Shown here one piece after another: positions 28,141 to 37,879 of a stretch of DNA of 64,000 nt. Source of the DNA: Thermodesulfobacteriota bacterium (GTDB taxonomy: Bacteria; Desulfobacterota; Desulfobacteria; Desulfobacterales; C00003060); assembly GCA_034189385.1 (NCBI GenBank), contig JAXHVD010000001.1, positions 32,001 through 96,000 on the forward strand, given 5' to 3'. A model generated the notes under the pieces. It was given only the letters and a program-made list of their open reading frames with translations, ran no database searches and had not been told where the DNA came from. The translations under genes and the position numbers were made by a program. The stretch's first letter is position 1. The number at the start of each line of letters is the position of its first letter.

Positions 28141-28156
28141 GCATCAAGTGTGCCAA
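28141..28156 (-). promoter_or_regulatory. Sigma54 (-24/-12) promoter
   Basis: TTGGCACACTTGATGC has GG-N10-GC spacing, 65 nt upstream of the repeat-protein ATG. Confidence 0.85.
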
Positions 28157-28240
28157 GAGGTATGAAGTGAATAATCGCCATAAATTTTAAAGAGTTAGTC
28201 CAGTTAGCCCTTTCTTGAGGTCCTGTGTCAGAGGGCAAGT

Positions 28241-28278
28241 TTAGAAGAATTGCGAACAAGGATTAGAAGAATTGCGAA
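28241..28278. promoter_or_regulatory. Tandem 16-bp direct repeat TTAGAAGAATTGCGAA, putative enhancer (UAS)
   Basis: Identical copies at 28241-28256 and 28263-28278 (22-bp period), about 85-120 bp upstream of the sigma54 site, with an AT-rich tract between. Confidence 0.72.
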
Positions 28279-28313
28279 ATAGGTGAGGGCGAACCTGGAT
28301 TGGGACAAAAGGG

Positions 28314-29699
28314 CTACTGGATTTGAAGCTTCTTTTTGCGGTAGCGAAAGGTGTGGTGGTTTAGGTTCAGGAGCTTTGCGGCCTTGCTCTCATTGCCTCC
28401 AGCCATCTTCAGGGCTTCTTCGATATAGTGTCTTTCCAAAGATTCTTGCACAGCGGTAAGGTCGATGCCGGTAGCCGGAAGGGGGGGGGACTCTGCCGCC
28501 ATTGGGCTATGGGCGGTTTGACCTCCACGGGAAGCCTCAATCCCAAGGTCCTTCAGTGCAATCTCCGACCCTTTGCCGACGAGAACTGCCCGTTCTATCA
28601 CATTTCTCAACTCACGGACATTGCCCTCCCAATGGAGTTCATTCAAGGCGCCTTCGGCTTCACCAGAGAGTCTGCTAAAGGGTTTGCCGTGTTTCTGACT
28701 GAATTCTACCAGGAAGTGTCTTGCAATGGGAACGATGTCGTCACGCCGCTTATCAAGGGACGGCACCTCTACTTTAATAACGGCGAGGCGATAGTAAAGA
28801 TCTCGTCTGAAATCGCCTTGTTGTATCATCATCTCCAGGTCCTTGTTGGTGGCAGATACGACCCGGGTCTGGACTCGCAGCTTCTTGGTCCCCCCCAACC
28901 TGTAAAATTCCCCATCTTCAAGAAAACGCAAAAGTTTTGCCTGGGCTGCCAAGCCCAGGTCGCCCACCTCGTCTAGGAACAGGGTCCCCTTTTCCGCCTC
29001 TTCTACCAGCCCCTTTTTCCCGGATGTATTTGCCCCGCTGAAAGCCCCCTTCTCATATCCAAAAAGCTCGCTTTCAATGAGGTCGTGGGGGATAGCCCCG
29101 CAATTGACAGTTATCAGGGGGCCCTCAAAATGGGGGCTCCTGTAGTGTATGGCATTGGCAATGAGTTCCTTGCCTGTTCCGGTCCCACCAAGAATCAGGA
29201 TCGGCGTGTCAGGGCTCTTGGCCACCTTTCCTATAAAGTCCATCACGTCTTGGATGACGTTGCTCTCTCCTATGAAGCAAGGCAGGTTCTCCCTGAGATA
29301 TTTCTCTTGCAGGAGCTGCACTTCTTTCCTCAGGCGGACCGTCTTGAGCGCGTTTGTGATGGTCACCTCTAGGCCGTCCATATGAATCGGTTTTACCACA
29401 TAGTCGTAGGCCCCCAGCTTCATTGCAGAGACTACGGTTTCGATATCCTCATAAGCGGTTATCATGATGACCAACACATCAGGATGGCGCTCTTTCACCT
29501 TGGCAAGGGCTTCAAGCCCGCTCATGCCGGGAAGTCCTATGTCAAGCAATATGAGATCAGGGGGGGTCTTTCCCATGGCTGCAATGGCCGTTTCAGCCGA
29601 GGCAAATCCCTCCATCAGGTAATCCGGCTCAAGGGCCATGGTGATGCCTTCCCTTATGGTTTCTTCGTCGTCCACGATGTATATGGAATATGAGATCAT
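28314..29699 (-). CDS. Sigma54-dependent response regulator (NtrC family)
   Basis: REC domain, GGTGTGKE, ESELFGYEKGAFSGA, LFLDEV, WEGNVREL, C-terminal HTH. Confidence 0.96.
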   Translation of the reverse strand: MISYSIYIVDDEETIREGITMALEPDYLMEGFASAETAIAAMGKTPPDLILLDIGLPGMSGLEALAKVKERHPDVLVIMITAYEDIETVVSAMKLGAYDYVVKPIHMDGLEVTITNALKTVRLRKEVQLLQEKYLRENLPCFIGESNVIQDVMDFIGKVAKSPDTPILILGGTGTGKELIANAIHYRSPHFEGPLITVNCGAIPHDLIESELFGYEKGAFSGANTSGKKGLVEEAEKGTLFLDEVGDLGLAAQAKLLRFLEDGEFYRLGGTKKLRVQTRVVSATNKDLEMMIQQGDFRRDLYYRLAVIKVEVPSLDKRRDDIVPIARHFLVEFSQKHGKPFSRLSGEAEGALNELHWEGNVRELRNVIERAVLVGKGSEIALKDLGIEASRGGQTAHSPMAAESPPLPATGIDLTAVQESLERHYIEEALKMAGGNESKAAKLLNLNHHTFRYRKKKLQIQ

Positions 29700-31894
29700 C
29701 TTTTTTCAACCCTTTTTTCCACGGGGATTTCAATCCTAAACTCTGCACCGCCCCATTTACTCGAGTTAACAGATAATGATCCGCCGTGGTCTGATATGAT
29801 TCTATGGCTGAGGCTCAGCCCTATGCCTGAGCTGTCGCTTTTGGTAGTAAAGAAGGGATCGAATATCTTTTCTCTGTCGCTGAAAGGCACACCAGGCCCG
29901 GAGTCTGAAACCTTTATGACAATGTGGTTGTTCTTCTCAAAGGAGGCTATCTCCACTTTCTTGGGTCCCGCTGCTTTTCTCATGGCTTGGGCAGCATTGG
30001 TGACCAGGTTCAAGATCACCTGTTCAATCAGATGGCTGTCCGCATGGCACTGAGGTAGCGCCGGGGACAATGCCTTTTCAAGCTCAATTCCCCTTTTTCG
30101 CAGCGTCACCGCAGAAAGATTGATCGCCTCTTCAATGGATGTATTGATGTTTGTCAAAGCCAGCTTGGGCCGACTCGGTTTCGAGAAATCCATCACCCGT
30201 CTTACGACCGACTCTATTTTCCCTGAAGCAGACTGGATTTGTTCGACGATTCTTTTGGCCTTTTGCAGGCCTTTTTGACCAATGCCCTCAGAATCGCCAA
30301 GAAGTTTTTTCAGGGTCGCCAGATAGATATTGATGCCCGATAAGGGATTTCTGATTTCATGGGCAATGCCGGCAGCTACGTGGCCCAGGGAAACCATCTT
30401 TTGCTTGGTGAGGACCAGTTGCTCGAATTCCTTGGCCCTGGTAATGTCCATCATGTTCACCAGTACCGCTCGCTTGCCTTGGTACTGGATTAGACTGGCT
30501 CGGCAGTGGACCCATCTCATGTCAACGGCGTTGCCTATCCTGTCCATTGGATAGAACCTTAGTTCTGTGTCCAGGGCCTGGGCAGCCCCTGACAAGACCT
30601 TCTGGTAAAAGCGGCCAAAGGCTTCTGCATCATGGGGATGAATGCTTTGGAAATCTTTGAAGCTAAAGGGTTCAGGCAAAGGCCCAAAAAGCCTTTCCTG
30701 TTCGGGATTCTTATATACGATTTTGTCTTCTTGTATAATGAATATACCGGTCAGGGAGTTGTCCACCAAATCACGCGAGCGGCGCTCGCTTTCCCGCAAG
30801 GCGTTAGCTGATGCAGCCATTTCCTTCAAGTACTTGGCTTCTGTCTCAAGCTCTGCCTTTCGTCTTTGGGTCTTCAATAAGAACGCGCCGCCAATTCCAA
30901 AGAGAAATACGACAATGACTGCAAGGGCAAATATGTTCCTTGCATGTTTATTGATCGGTCCTGCAATCTCATCATATGGCAAGGCGACGACCAAATTCCA
31001 ATCCCTGTCTCCTATGGCCACTCTCTTATAGGCTACCAACTCATTTTCATTGGTCTCACAATTGACGAAGAGACCAAATCCGCTGTCTTCTACCTTCAGT
31101 CTATTGAGGTAATTATGATCCTTCAGAATGTGCTCCTTCAGGCCGTGTTTGTGAAAACGTTCCCCCCTTACCAGATGCATCTTCCTGATGACGTCTTCAA
31201 TGGACAGCCCAATGAACCTCTTTTCGGGGTGTGAAAGAATGACATCTTTGTAATCAAACATCCACGCACAGCCTCGGCCTCCCAGCTTGACCGGCTGGAT
31301 GAAACGCTCTGAGATGGCGTCCAGAGTAATTCTGCGTTCAATGATTCCCCTAAAGTGATTCTCATAGAACACAGGCTCCAACAGTGAGATAGTAAGGGTC
31401 CCTGCCTGGTTGAGGAATACGTCACCAACATACGGTTTGTGCTTCTTGAGGACATAGGCGACACTGGGCCTTTCAGCCAAGTTCTTTCTGCCTTCAGAAC
31501 CGTTCCCTTGCCAGGGTGGAGATCGATGCAACATCACCCCTCGAGCATCGAACAGACAAATGGCATCAACATCGTTCTTGTGGACTTCGTAGAAGAGCTC
31601 CAGTCTAGAATAGCCGAGGTCTGCCAAGTCACGGGAGGTAGCCGTCCCCTTTTCTGCCTGTAAGAGTGTCTCTTGTGCCATCGTCTGCAGGGCCTCTGAA
31701 TGCAGCGTGACGAAACCTTCAACGCTTCTAGCCGTTGCCTTTGCAATGGTGAGCAACTGCTGTTCAGTCTGGTAGACCATTGTATCTCTAAACTCCCTTT
31801 GGGAGACGTATGCAAGGCCAAGGACGACTGCGATGACAACCACACCGATGACAATGCCTATTGCCACGGTCACAGATGTTCTTATCATTCTCAT
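29696..31894 (-). CDS. Membrane sensor histidine kinase (Cache-like, PAS, HisKA, HATPase)
   Basis: Two TM helices flanking a periplasmic domain; AHEIRNPL, NLVTNA, DSGPG, FFTTK, GIGLS; stop overlaps the regulator start. Confidence 0.93.
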   Translation of the reverse strand: MRMIRTSVTVAIGIVIGVVVIAVVLGLAYVSQREFRDTMVYQTEQQLLTIAKATARSVEGFVTLHSEALQTMAQETLLQAEKGTATSRDLADLGYSRLELFYEVHKNDVDAICLFDARGVMLHRSPPWQGNGSEGRKNLAERPSVAYVLKKHKPYVGDVFLNQAGTLTISLLEPVFYENHFRGIIERRITLDAISERFIQPVKLGGRGCAWMFDYKDVILSHPEKRFIGLSIEDVIRKMHLVRGERFHKHGLKEHILKDHNYLNRLKVEDSGFGLFVNCETNENELVAYKRVAIGDRDWNLVVALPYDEIAGPINKHARNIFALAVIVVFLFGIGGAFLLKTQRRKAELETEAKYLKEMAASANALRESERRSRDLVDNSLTGIFIIQEDKIVYKNPEQERLFGPLPEPFSFKDFQSIHPHDAEAFGRFYQKVLSGAAQALDTELRFYPMDRIGNAVDMRWVHCRASLIQYQGKRAVLVNMMDITRAKEFEQLVLTKQKMVSLGHVAAGIAHEIRNPLSGINIYLATLKKLLGDSEGIGQKGLQKAKRIVEQIQSASGKIESVVRRVMDFSKPSRPKLALTNINTSIEEAINLSAVTLRKRGIELEKALSPALPQCHADSHLIEQVILNLVTNAAQAMRKAAGPKKVEIASFEKNNHIVIKVSDSGPGVPFSDREKIFDPFFTTKSDSSGIGLSLSHRIISDHGGSLSVNSSKWGGAEFRIEIPVEKRVEKR

Positions 31895-32343
31895 AGACGT
31901 TGACGGGATATGGTCATGGCTTAGGCGAGTCGGCCCATGGACAGATAGAGCAAAATGGGCATCCTCGGCTCTCCCTCGATTCAGGCACTAGTCAATCGGG
32001 AAACGCTATGGTTCTTGGAGGCGTGAGAATCAATGATAGACAGATATGGGTGTGGGGCTTTTGAACCGAATAAGCGAGCGCAGCCCCCGCAGGTTCTGCC
32101 CGTTGGCAGTGCTGGCGCGGCGCAGGCTGCGGGGGTAGCAAGCGTATAGTTAAAAATACAACAACCTTGCGGTGAACATTCCCCGTGCCTTGACTTCGAC
32201 GAGCTCCATTCGGCCCGAGCTCATGGCCGAGGGCAGTCGAGTCGCCACGGGGAGGGTTCAATCCTTAAGGAGGACACTACTCGTCCCGCTTCATGCCTTC
32301 GGTTCACAGTTTCTTCAAGAGCCCCCTTTCGCGTTTGGACGCA

Positions 32344-34878
32344 TCAGTCGTCGTCCAGCACCCTCCGGACGGTTTCCGCCATCTCACGTTTGACCATAGG
32401 CTTTATGACAAAAGCGCGGACTCCCATTGCCGTGGCCTGCCGTTCATTCATACGTTCGCTGTAGCCCGTGCAAAGTATCACAGGAATGTCGGGACGGACC
32501 TTCAGGACCTCTTTGGCCAAATGGTCCCCCGTCATACTTGGCATGGTCATGTCTGTGATCACCAGATCGAATTTGTCAGGTTGTTTGCAGAACACATTCA
32601 AGGCTTCCAAACTGCTGGTCCTGGAAACCACTCTATAGCCCAGGCTTTCCAGCATCTGTTCTCCCACTTTCGCCAAGGCGTTCTCGTCGTCGACAAAGAG
32701 TATCCGCTCATTTCCCCTGGGCAGCGGTTCAAGGCCTGAACGTTCGCCCGTCACCTCCGAATCAACACTCGGCAACCAGACACTGAACGTGGATCCCTTG
32801 CCAGCCTCGCTATCCACCGTCACAGCCCCACCATGGGTTCTGACGATGCCATGGACTACTGCAAGACCCAAGCCTGAGCCTTCCCCTACTCCCTTGGTGG
32901 TGAAATAGGGATCGAAGATACGGTCTAGGAATTGAGGTTTTATACCGTAGCCTGTATCACTTACTGTCAACTTGACATAGTCTCCCGGCATGAGTTCCTG
33001 TTGCCCAGACACACCATCCTCATCGAGCTTCGTGTTTTCTACAGTTACCTCCAGGATGCCCCCGTTTTCTGCCATGGCATGAGCCGCATTGCTACACAGG
33101 TTTATCAACACCTGGGTAATCTGGGTGGCATCTGCAAGGACGGTATGCGATTCAGCAGGGATGTTTGAGCGAATGTCGATGGTTCTTGGAATCGATGATC
33201 GCAGCAACTGCACCGTATCTTTTAAAATACGACCCATGTTGACTGGTCTCTGCTCCTGTTCTGTGTGGCGGCTAAAACCCAAAATCTGCTTCACCATGTC
33301 CCTTGCTCGCAAGCAGGCCCTCTTCACCTCTTCTAGACTCTTCTGGGCCGGGTTTTGCTCAGGGATGTCGTCCATGGCCAATTCTGTATTGCCCACAATG
33401 ATACTGAGGACATTGTTGAAGTCATGGGCAATACCTCCAGCCAAGGTCCCAATGGCCTCCATCTTCTGGGCTCGTTGAAGGTGGGCCTGACATTCCTTGG
33501 TCCCGGTGATATCCGTAAGGTTCACCACCATCCCTGACGGCCTTCCTGTCGACTCCCAGATGAGTGCAGCGCTTGCGAGGATATGCAGGCTAGCCCCTCC
33601 TTTGGTCAGTCTCTGTGTTTCAAAGGTAACTGGTTCACCAGATTCATAGATCTCCTTAATCTTTAGAGCAGTCATCTCCTTCTGATTGTCTGCGACAAAA
33701 GGGATAGTCTTGCCCCCTAATTCATCCAAAGACCATCCAAAAACCCGAGTAAAGGCAGGATTCAGGTATTCTGGGTGTCCTTGGGTGTCATATACCACTA
33801 CAGGATCAGGGCTGGCCTCAAAAACGGCCCGCATTCTCTCCTCGCTTTTCCGCAATGCCTCCTCGACTTCCTTGCGCTCGGTGATGTCAGTGCAGACACC
33901 TATCCACCTGCAAGGACGTCCTGCCGCGTCTAACACTGGCAGAGCTCGATCGCTCCAGTATCTCCAAGACCCATTGTGGTGCCTAATCCTGTATTCATAA
34001 GAGATGGCTTCTGTTGAGGTCCTGTGGAGTTCCACGGCATCTTCCAGACCGGAAACGTCGTCAGGGTGGATGAGGCCTATCCATCCTTTTATGGTTTTTG
34101 GTATCTTGTTGGCGTCGTAGCCAAGGATGCCATCTATGTCGCCGAACCATTCCAGGCTATCATCTTGAGCATCCCATTCGTAGATCAAGTCATAGGCTAC
34201 TTTCCCGGCAATTTTAAGACGTTGCTGGCTCTGCCGAAGTGCCTTCACCGCCTGTTTTCTTTCAGTGATCTCTCTGGACACACTGCCGATCATCTGGTTG
34301 GTGACTTCCCTCAGGGACTCTAACAATTCCACTTCTGAAATCCCAGATACCCGGGCAGTGAGATCACCCGACGAAACCCTGTGGAGTACGTCGAAGTGCT
34401 CAGCAAGACCGATGGCAAATTCGTGAGACATATCCACGATTTCTCCAAGGTTCTGGGCAGTCAAGTTGACCATATGTTTCAGCTTGGCAATCAACTCCAG
34501 TTTCGAATCTTTAGAAACCCTTACGGCAGGATCTCCTGAGGAAATCCTTTTCAAGGCCTCGAAAACCTCAGACAAGCCCATGGCCAGTTCCATGCTTGTG
34601 CTTTCGAGTTGCCTGTCTCGAAGATCACCCATCTTCCTGAATTCTGTGAATTGCCTGTGGACGACCTTGAGCGTTTCTTTCGCTGAATCAAGATCCATGT
34701 TCGCCCTGAGGACCTCACAGTTGATACACATCTCTATCTTTTCTACACACCTTCCCTGGATCTCATTTCTACAATGGGTGCCTGAGATGAGCCAACACCT
34801 TGGGTCTTTTGATTTGTAAACTGGGCATGCCTCTTCATTACAATCAAAGAGAGCCCAGCAGTTCTTGTTTTTTTCCAT
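32344..34878 (-). CDS. Hybrid histidine kinase: Cys/Trp-rich N-terminus, HAMP-like repeats, 2 PAS, HK, REC
   Basis: NCW...C...CPV...RCW...GTHC...CINC; AHDFNNVL; FDPYFTTK; C-terminal ILFVDDE...ITDMTMP...KP. Confidence 0.93.
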   Translation of the reverse strand: MEKNKNCWALFDCNEEACPVYKSKDPRCWLISGTHCRNEIQGRCVEKIEMCINCEVLRANMDLDSAKETLKVVHRQFTEFRKMGDLRDRQLESTSMELAMGLSEVFEALKRISSGDPAVRVSKDSKLELIAKLKHMVNLTAQNLGEIVDMSHEFAIGLAEHFDVLHRVSSGDLTARVSGISEVELLESLREVTNQMIGSVSREITERKQAVKALRQSQQRLKIAGKVAYDLIYEWDAQDDSLEWFGDIDGILGYDANKIPKTIKGWIGLIHPDDVSGLEDAVELHRTSTEAISYEYRIRHHNGSWRYWSDRALPVLDAAGRPCRWIGVCTDITERKEVEEALRKSEERMRAVFEASPDPVVVYDTQGHPEYLNPAFTRVFGWSLDELGGKTIPFVADNQKEMTALKIKEIYESGEPVTFETQRLTKGGASLHILASAALIWESTGRPSGMVVNLTDITGTKECQAHLQRAQKMEAIGTLAGGIAHDFNNVLSIIVGNTELAMDDIPEQNPAQKSLEEVKRACLRARDMVKQILGFSRHTEQEQRPVNMGRILKDTVQLLRSSIPRTIDIRSNIPAESHTVLADATQITQVLINLCSNAAHAMAENGGILEVTVENTKLDEDGVSGQQELMPGDYVKLTVSDTGYGIKPQFLDRIFDPYFTTKGVGEGSGLGLAVVHGIVRTHGGAVTVDSEAGKGSTFSVWLPSVDSEVTGERSGLEPLPRGNERILFVDDENALAKVGEQMLESLGYRVVSRTSSLEALNVFCKQPDKFDLVITDMTMPSMTGDHLAKEVLKVRPDIPVILCTGYSERMNERQATAMGVRAFVIKPMVKREMAETVRRVLDDD

Positions 34879-35348
34879 TTCTTTCGCGCTATCTCCGAGC
34901 CCCCTCTGCCCTTGCCGTCGTCCTTGATGGATATTGGACGCCCGTAAAAATTCAGTGGCCTTGGGTGCTATTTTCGATTATATGCCCTCTGGGGGTGTCT
35001 GTGCATCTGCGTCCTGTGGCATGCTTCAGAAGGCAGTATATGCCATGGCCTCAGGCATCGTCAAGCCGGCCGGCGGACAGGCCTTGCCCACTAAACCCTC
35101 GACTGTGGCCCCCCAGGCCGAGGATGAGCGTCAAAGGTGGCGCCTGACGGCTTGAAGACGGGCAGTTGGTTTCGCTCCGTGTCAGGATGTAGGGGGCCTC
35201 TCCCTAGAGCGTCAACAGGTTCATATACCAGTGAAAGGGGAGTCATAAGGGTTTCACAATAAGATGATTTTGGTGGAAGGGCAGATGGGGTTGAGGGGAG
35301 AGCCGGTGTGACATGTTGTAAGCCCGCAGCTTGCTGCTAGGGGCATCT

Positions 35349-35729
35349 TTACACCTTTATGTTCACCCGCGGTTTATTAAGAGGGAGATACCCCGGAGGG
35401 GTCTCCCGAAGGAGTCTGCCATCATTGCTGTAGACTCTGACCAGCAATTTCCCATTTTCCAGCCCAAAATCACGCTTTTCTCCTATAAATTCAGGTTGCT
35501 GCTGAGGAGCCATTCCTTCTTCGGGAGTCTTGTTTCTTGTTTCCTGGTCGTTGTGAGCGTTCTCTTCGTAGTCAGAAGAACGGCCTACAGCCTGTGGCCG
35601 GGGCGAGGCTTGCTCTGTTTGCCCCTGTGGGACGGTGCCTGCATGATGATGTGCCGTGTCCGCAGAGCGTTTGTTCGTAGCCTCGTTGCTGGTGGTGACG
35701 GAAGCTACCGTAGTGATAGGGTTCACCAT
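35349..35729 (-). CDS. FlaG-like protein
   Basis: Low-complexity N-terminus and LLVRVYSNDGRLLRETPP tail; upstream sigma28-like promoter. Confidence 0.6.
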   Translation of the reverse strand: MVNPITTVASVTTSNEATNKRSADTAHHHAGTVPQGQTEQASPRPQAVGRSSDYEENAHNDQETRNKTPEEGMAPQQQPEFIGEKRDFGLENGKLLVRVYSNDGRLLRETPPGYLPLNKPRVNIKV

Positions 35730-35981
35730 TTCTCCCCCCTTATCCAGTGAAAAATTTGTCCTGTTGAATGGTCACGCTATATCATACGTGCGTCTGGCCT
35801 TTCGTTTTTGCCCAAAGGGCGGGTCAGAGGTGGGACCTGACGAATACATCCAAGCATCCAGTGGCCATGAGAGTTCCACTTCGTTCCACCTCATATGGTA
35901 ATCGTGGCCCAAGGCCACCTGCAAGGGATGTGGTTCCTGTGCCCCCCATGGAGACCCAGAGGGGATGATCCCTCAATCCCC

Positions 35982-36009
35982 TTATCGGCATTTGTGGCAG
36001 AAGACTTTA
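35982..36009 (-). promoter_or_regulatory. Sigma28 (FliA)-type promoter
   Basis: TAAA-N16-GCCGATAA on the minus strand, facing the FlaG-like gene. Confidence 0.7.
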
Positions 36010-36121
36010 GGAAAAAAATGCAGACGGTCTGGCAAGGAGTCCCTTTTACATGTCAGCGGGCTAACATCTTGATTGCACGCATATCCGAGCTATGGTATGA
36101 GAGTATCGGGCCTTACGATCC

Positions 36122-36844
36122 ATGACTTGGCACGAGAGACTAGAAGATTTTGGGGAAGAGATAGAGCCTGGAAGCAAATTTCACTTTGAATGCCACCCGG
36201 GTCTCAAGTGCTTTGGCACCTGTTGTGCCACGGACGTAACCCTTACGCCCTTTGATATCGCTCGCATGCGACGCCATATGGGCATAGACACCCACCGGTT
36301 TCTCGCCGACTATTGCCAACCCTTTGTAGAGGCCATCACAGGATTTCCCTCCGTGATTCTGAAACACGGCCAAGACGGAAGGTGTATTCTCTTGAACAGC
36401 CGTGGATGTAGCCTGTACGAGAGCAGGCCGAGTTGTTGCAGGTACTATCCCCTGGCAAGGGTCATAGGAAATGATGGCGGCAGCAGGTCGGCCACCTATT
36501 ACCTTCAGCGCCGTGTGGACTATTGTAATGGGCTGGGCAGAGGCCCCAAGTGGACTACAGAGGCCTTCTGTGAACAAAACGGTCTTGGGCCTTACGAAAA
36601 GGCTAATGACATCTTCTTACAGATCCCCTTTGCTTTTGACAAAATCCCTTTTAATCTCAGGCACGACAAAGAAGTGCAGACGATGGTCTATCGAGCCGTC
36701 TTTGACTTTGACCGATTCTTTGAAGAATACGCAAGATTCGGGCAAGCTGTTCCCAAGGCAGATGACCATGAAATGGTTGCCATGCTTACCAACATTGTTC
36801 TGAAGCTGCTCGAGAGGACGGCCGAGCTGGCGTTTAAGCAATAG
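36122..36844 (+). CDS. YkgJ-family (CxxCxxCC) cysteine cluster protein
   Basis: FECHPGLKCFGTCC, LTPFDI, C..L...GCSLYESRPSCCRYYP. Confidence 0.9.
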   Translation: MTWHERLEDFGEEIEPGSKFHFECHPGLKCFGTCCATDVTLTPFDIARMRRHMGIDTHRFLADYCQPFVEAITGFPSVILKHGQDGRCILLNSRGCSLYESRPSCCRYYPLARVIGNDGGSRSATYYLQRRVDYCNGLGRGPKWTTEAFCEQNGLGPYEKANDIFLQIPFAFDKIPFNLRHDKEVQTMVYRAVFDFDRFFEEYARFGQAVPKADDHEMVAMLTNIVLKLLERTAELAFKQ

Positions 36845-37063
36845 CTACCGATGGCCGATATCCTGTGACCAAGAGGAAAAAGACCCTCATGCTCAAGCCT
36901 ATCCCTTTCTCACATCCATCTTTACCGAGCACATGGGACGGGAGACCGTGGCAGGAATGATCAGCGGTGCCTTGGAACAGGGCGACATGTCTGCCGAGGA
37001 AGCCCCAAGAAGGGTCACAGAATTTGTCGAGGTCTTTAGGAACGACAGGAGTTGGGGGGGAAC

Positions 37064-37801
37064 TCAGCGACTAACGTGCCCCACCAATTCGGGAAGGATC
37101 TCTCCAGCCCTTCCTTCAAAAGAGATGTCGAAAAGGGGGCTTTGGGGGGTCCTTGAGCGGTTCACTTCCACGACAAAGGCGCCGGCCTTTTTTGCCAGCA
37201 GACCAAGAGAGGCCGCCGGCTGGACCTTGCCTGATGTCCCCACGACCAGCATCACCTGAGCCTTCTCCACGCGATGGGAGATAGTGTGTAGTATATCCAC
37301 GTCAAGGGCCTCTCCGAACCATACCACATCCGGTCGAAGGAGCCCGCCACATGCCTTGCATTTAGGCAGAATCTGGATAGGAACGTCCCTGTTCTCGAAG
37401 CGTTTCTTGCATTGCAGGCACCTGACACGCCATAGGGTCCCGTGCATCTCGATAGGGTTTTTGCTACCAGCGGTCCTATGTAGGCCGTCCACGTTCTGGG
37501 TCACCAGGGTAAACGCTTCTATCGACTTTTCCAACTCGGCCAGGGCATAATGTCCCGGGTTTGGTGCCAATGGCTTGATGAGACTTCGCCGCCAGTCATA
37601 CCACTGCCACACCGTCGTAGGGTCTCTTTGGAAGGCTTCAGGGGTGGCTAGGTCTTCGGCCCGGAAATTCTTCCAAAGGCCGTCAACCCCCCGAAAGGTA
37701 GGTACCCCGCTTTCTTGGGATATCCCAGCCCCGGTGAGGGCCAGAACGCTCGTGGAGGCCCTCAGCCTCTCTGCAACTTCAGCAAGGCCTTCAGCTTTCA
37801 T
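37064..37801 (-). CDS. cobB: NAD-dependent protein deacylase (sirtuin)
   Basis: LTGAGISQESGVPTFRG, TQNVDGLH, HG, CxxC...CxxC, RPDVVWFGE, GTS. Confidence 0.95.
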   Translation of the reverse strand: MKAEGLAEVAERLRASTSVLALTGAGISQESGVPTFRGVDGLWKNFRAEDLATPEAFQRDPTTVWQWYDWRRSLIKPLAPNPGHYALAELEKSIEAFTLVTQNVDGLHRTAGSKNPIEMHGTLWRVRCLQCKKRFENRDVPIQILPKCKACGGLLRPDVVWFGEALDVDILHTISHRVEKAQVMLVVGTSGKVQPAASLGLLAKKAGAFVVEVNRSRTPQSPLFDISFEGRAGEILPELVGHVSR

Positions 37802-37879
37802 GGGTCCTCCCGAAGAATTTCTACGTGGAACGTAGGGGATTTCAATGGATCTAACGACGGGGAAAGGTTTAGTCAAGAA

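Noticed and set aside
26771..28165. 464-aa plus-strand ORF
   Set aside because: Antisense shadow of the repeat-protein gene with no recognisable motifs; the same applies to the many other antisense ORFs in the track.
32196..32265. tRNA or ncRNA near GGTTCAATCC
   Set aside because: No cloverleaf can be built; it looks more like a degenerate REP-like palindromic element, which cannot be confirmed from one window.
35786..35815. c-di-GMP-I (GEMM) riboswitch-like words on the minus strand (GGGCAAA...CGAAAG...GACGCA)
   Set aside because: The 5' arm of the GAAA-capped stem is missing and no second hairpin is evident; an Infernal search would be needed to revive it.
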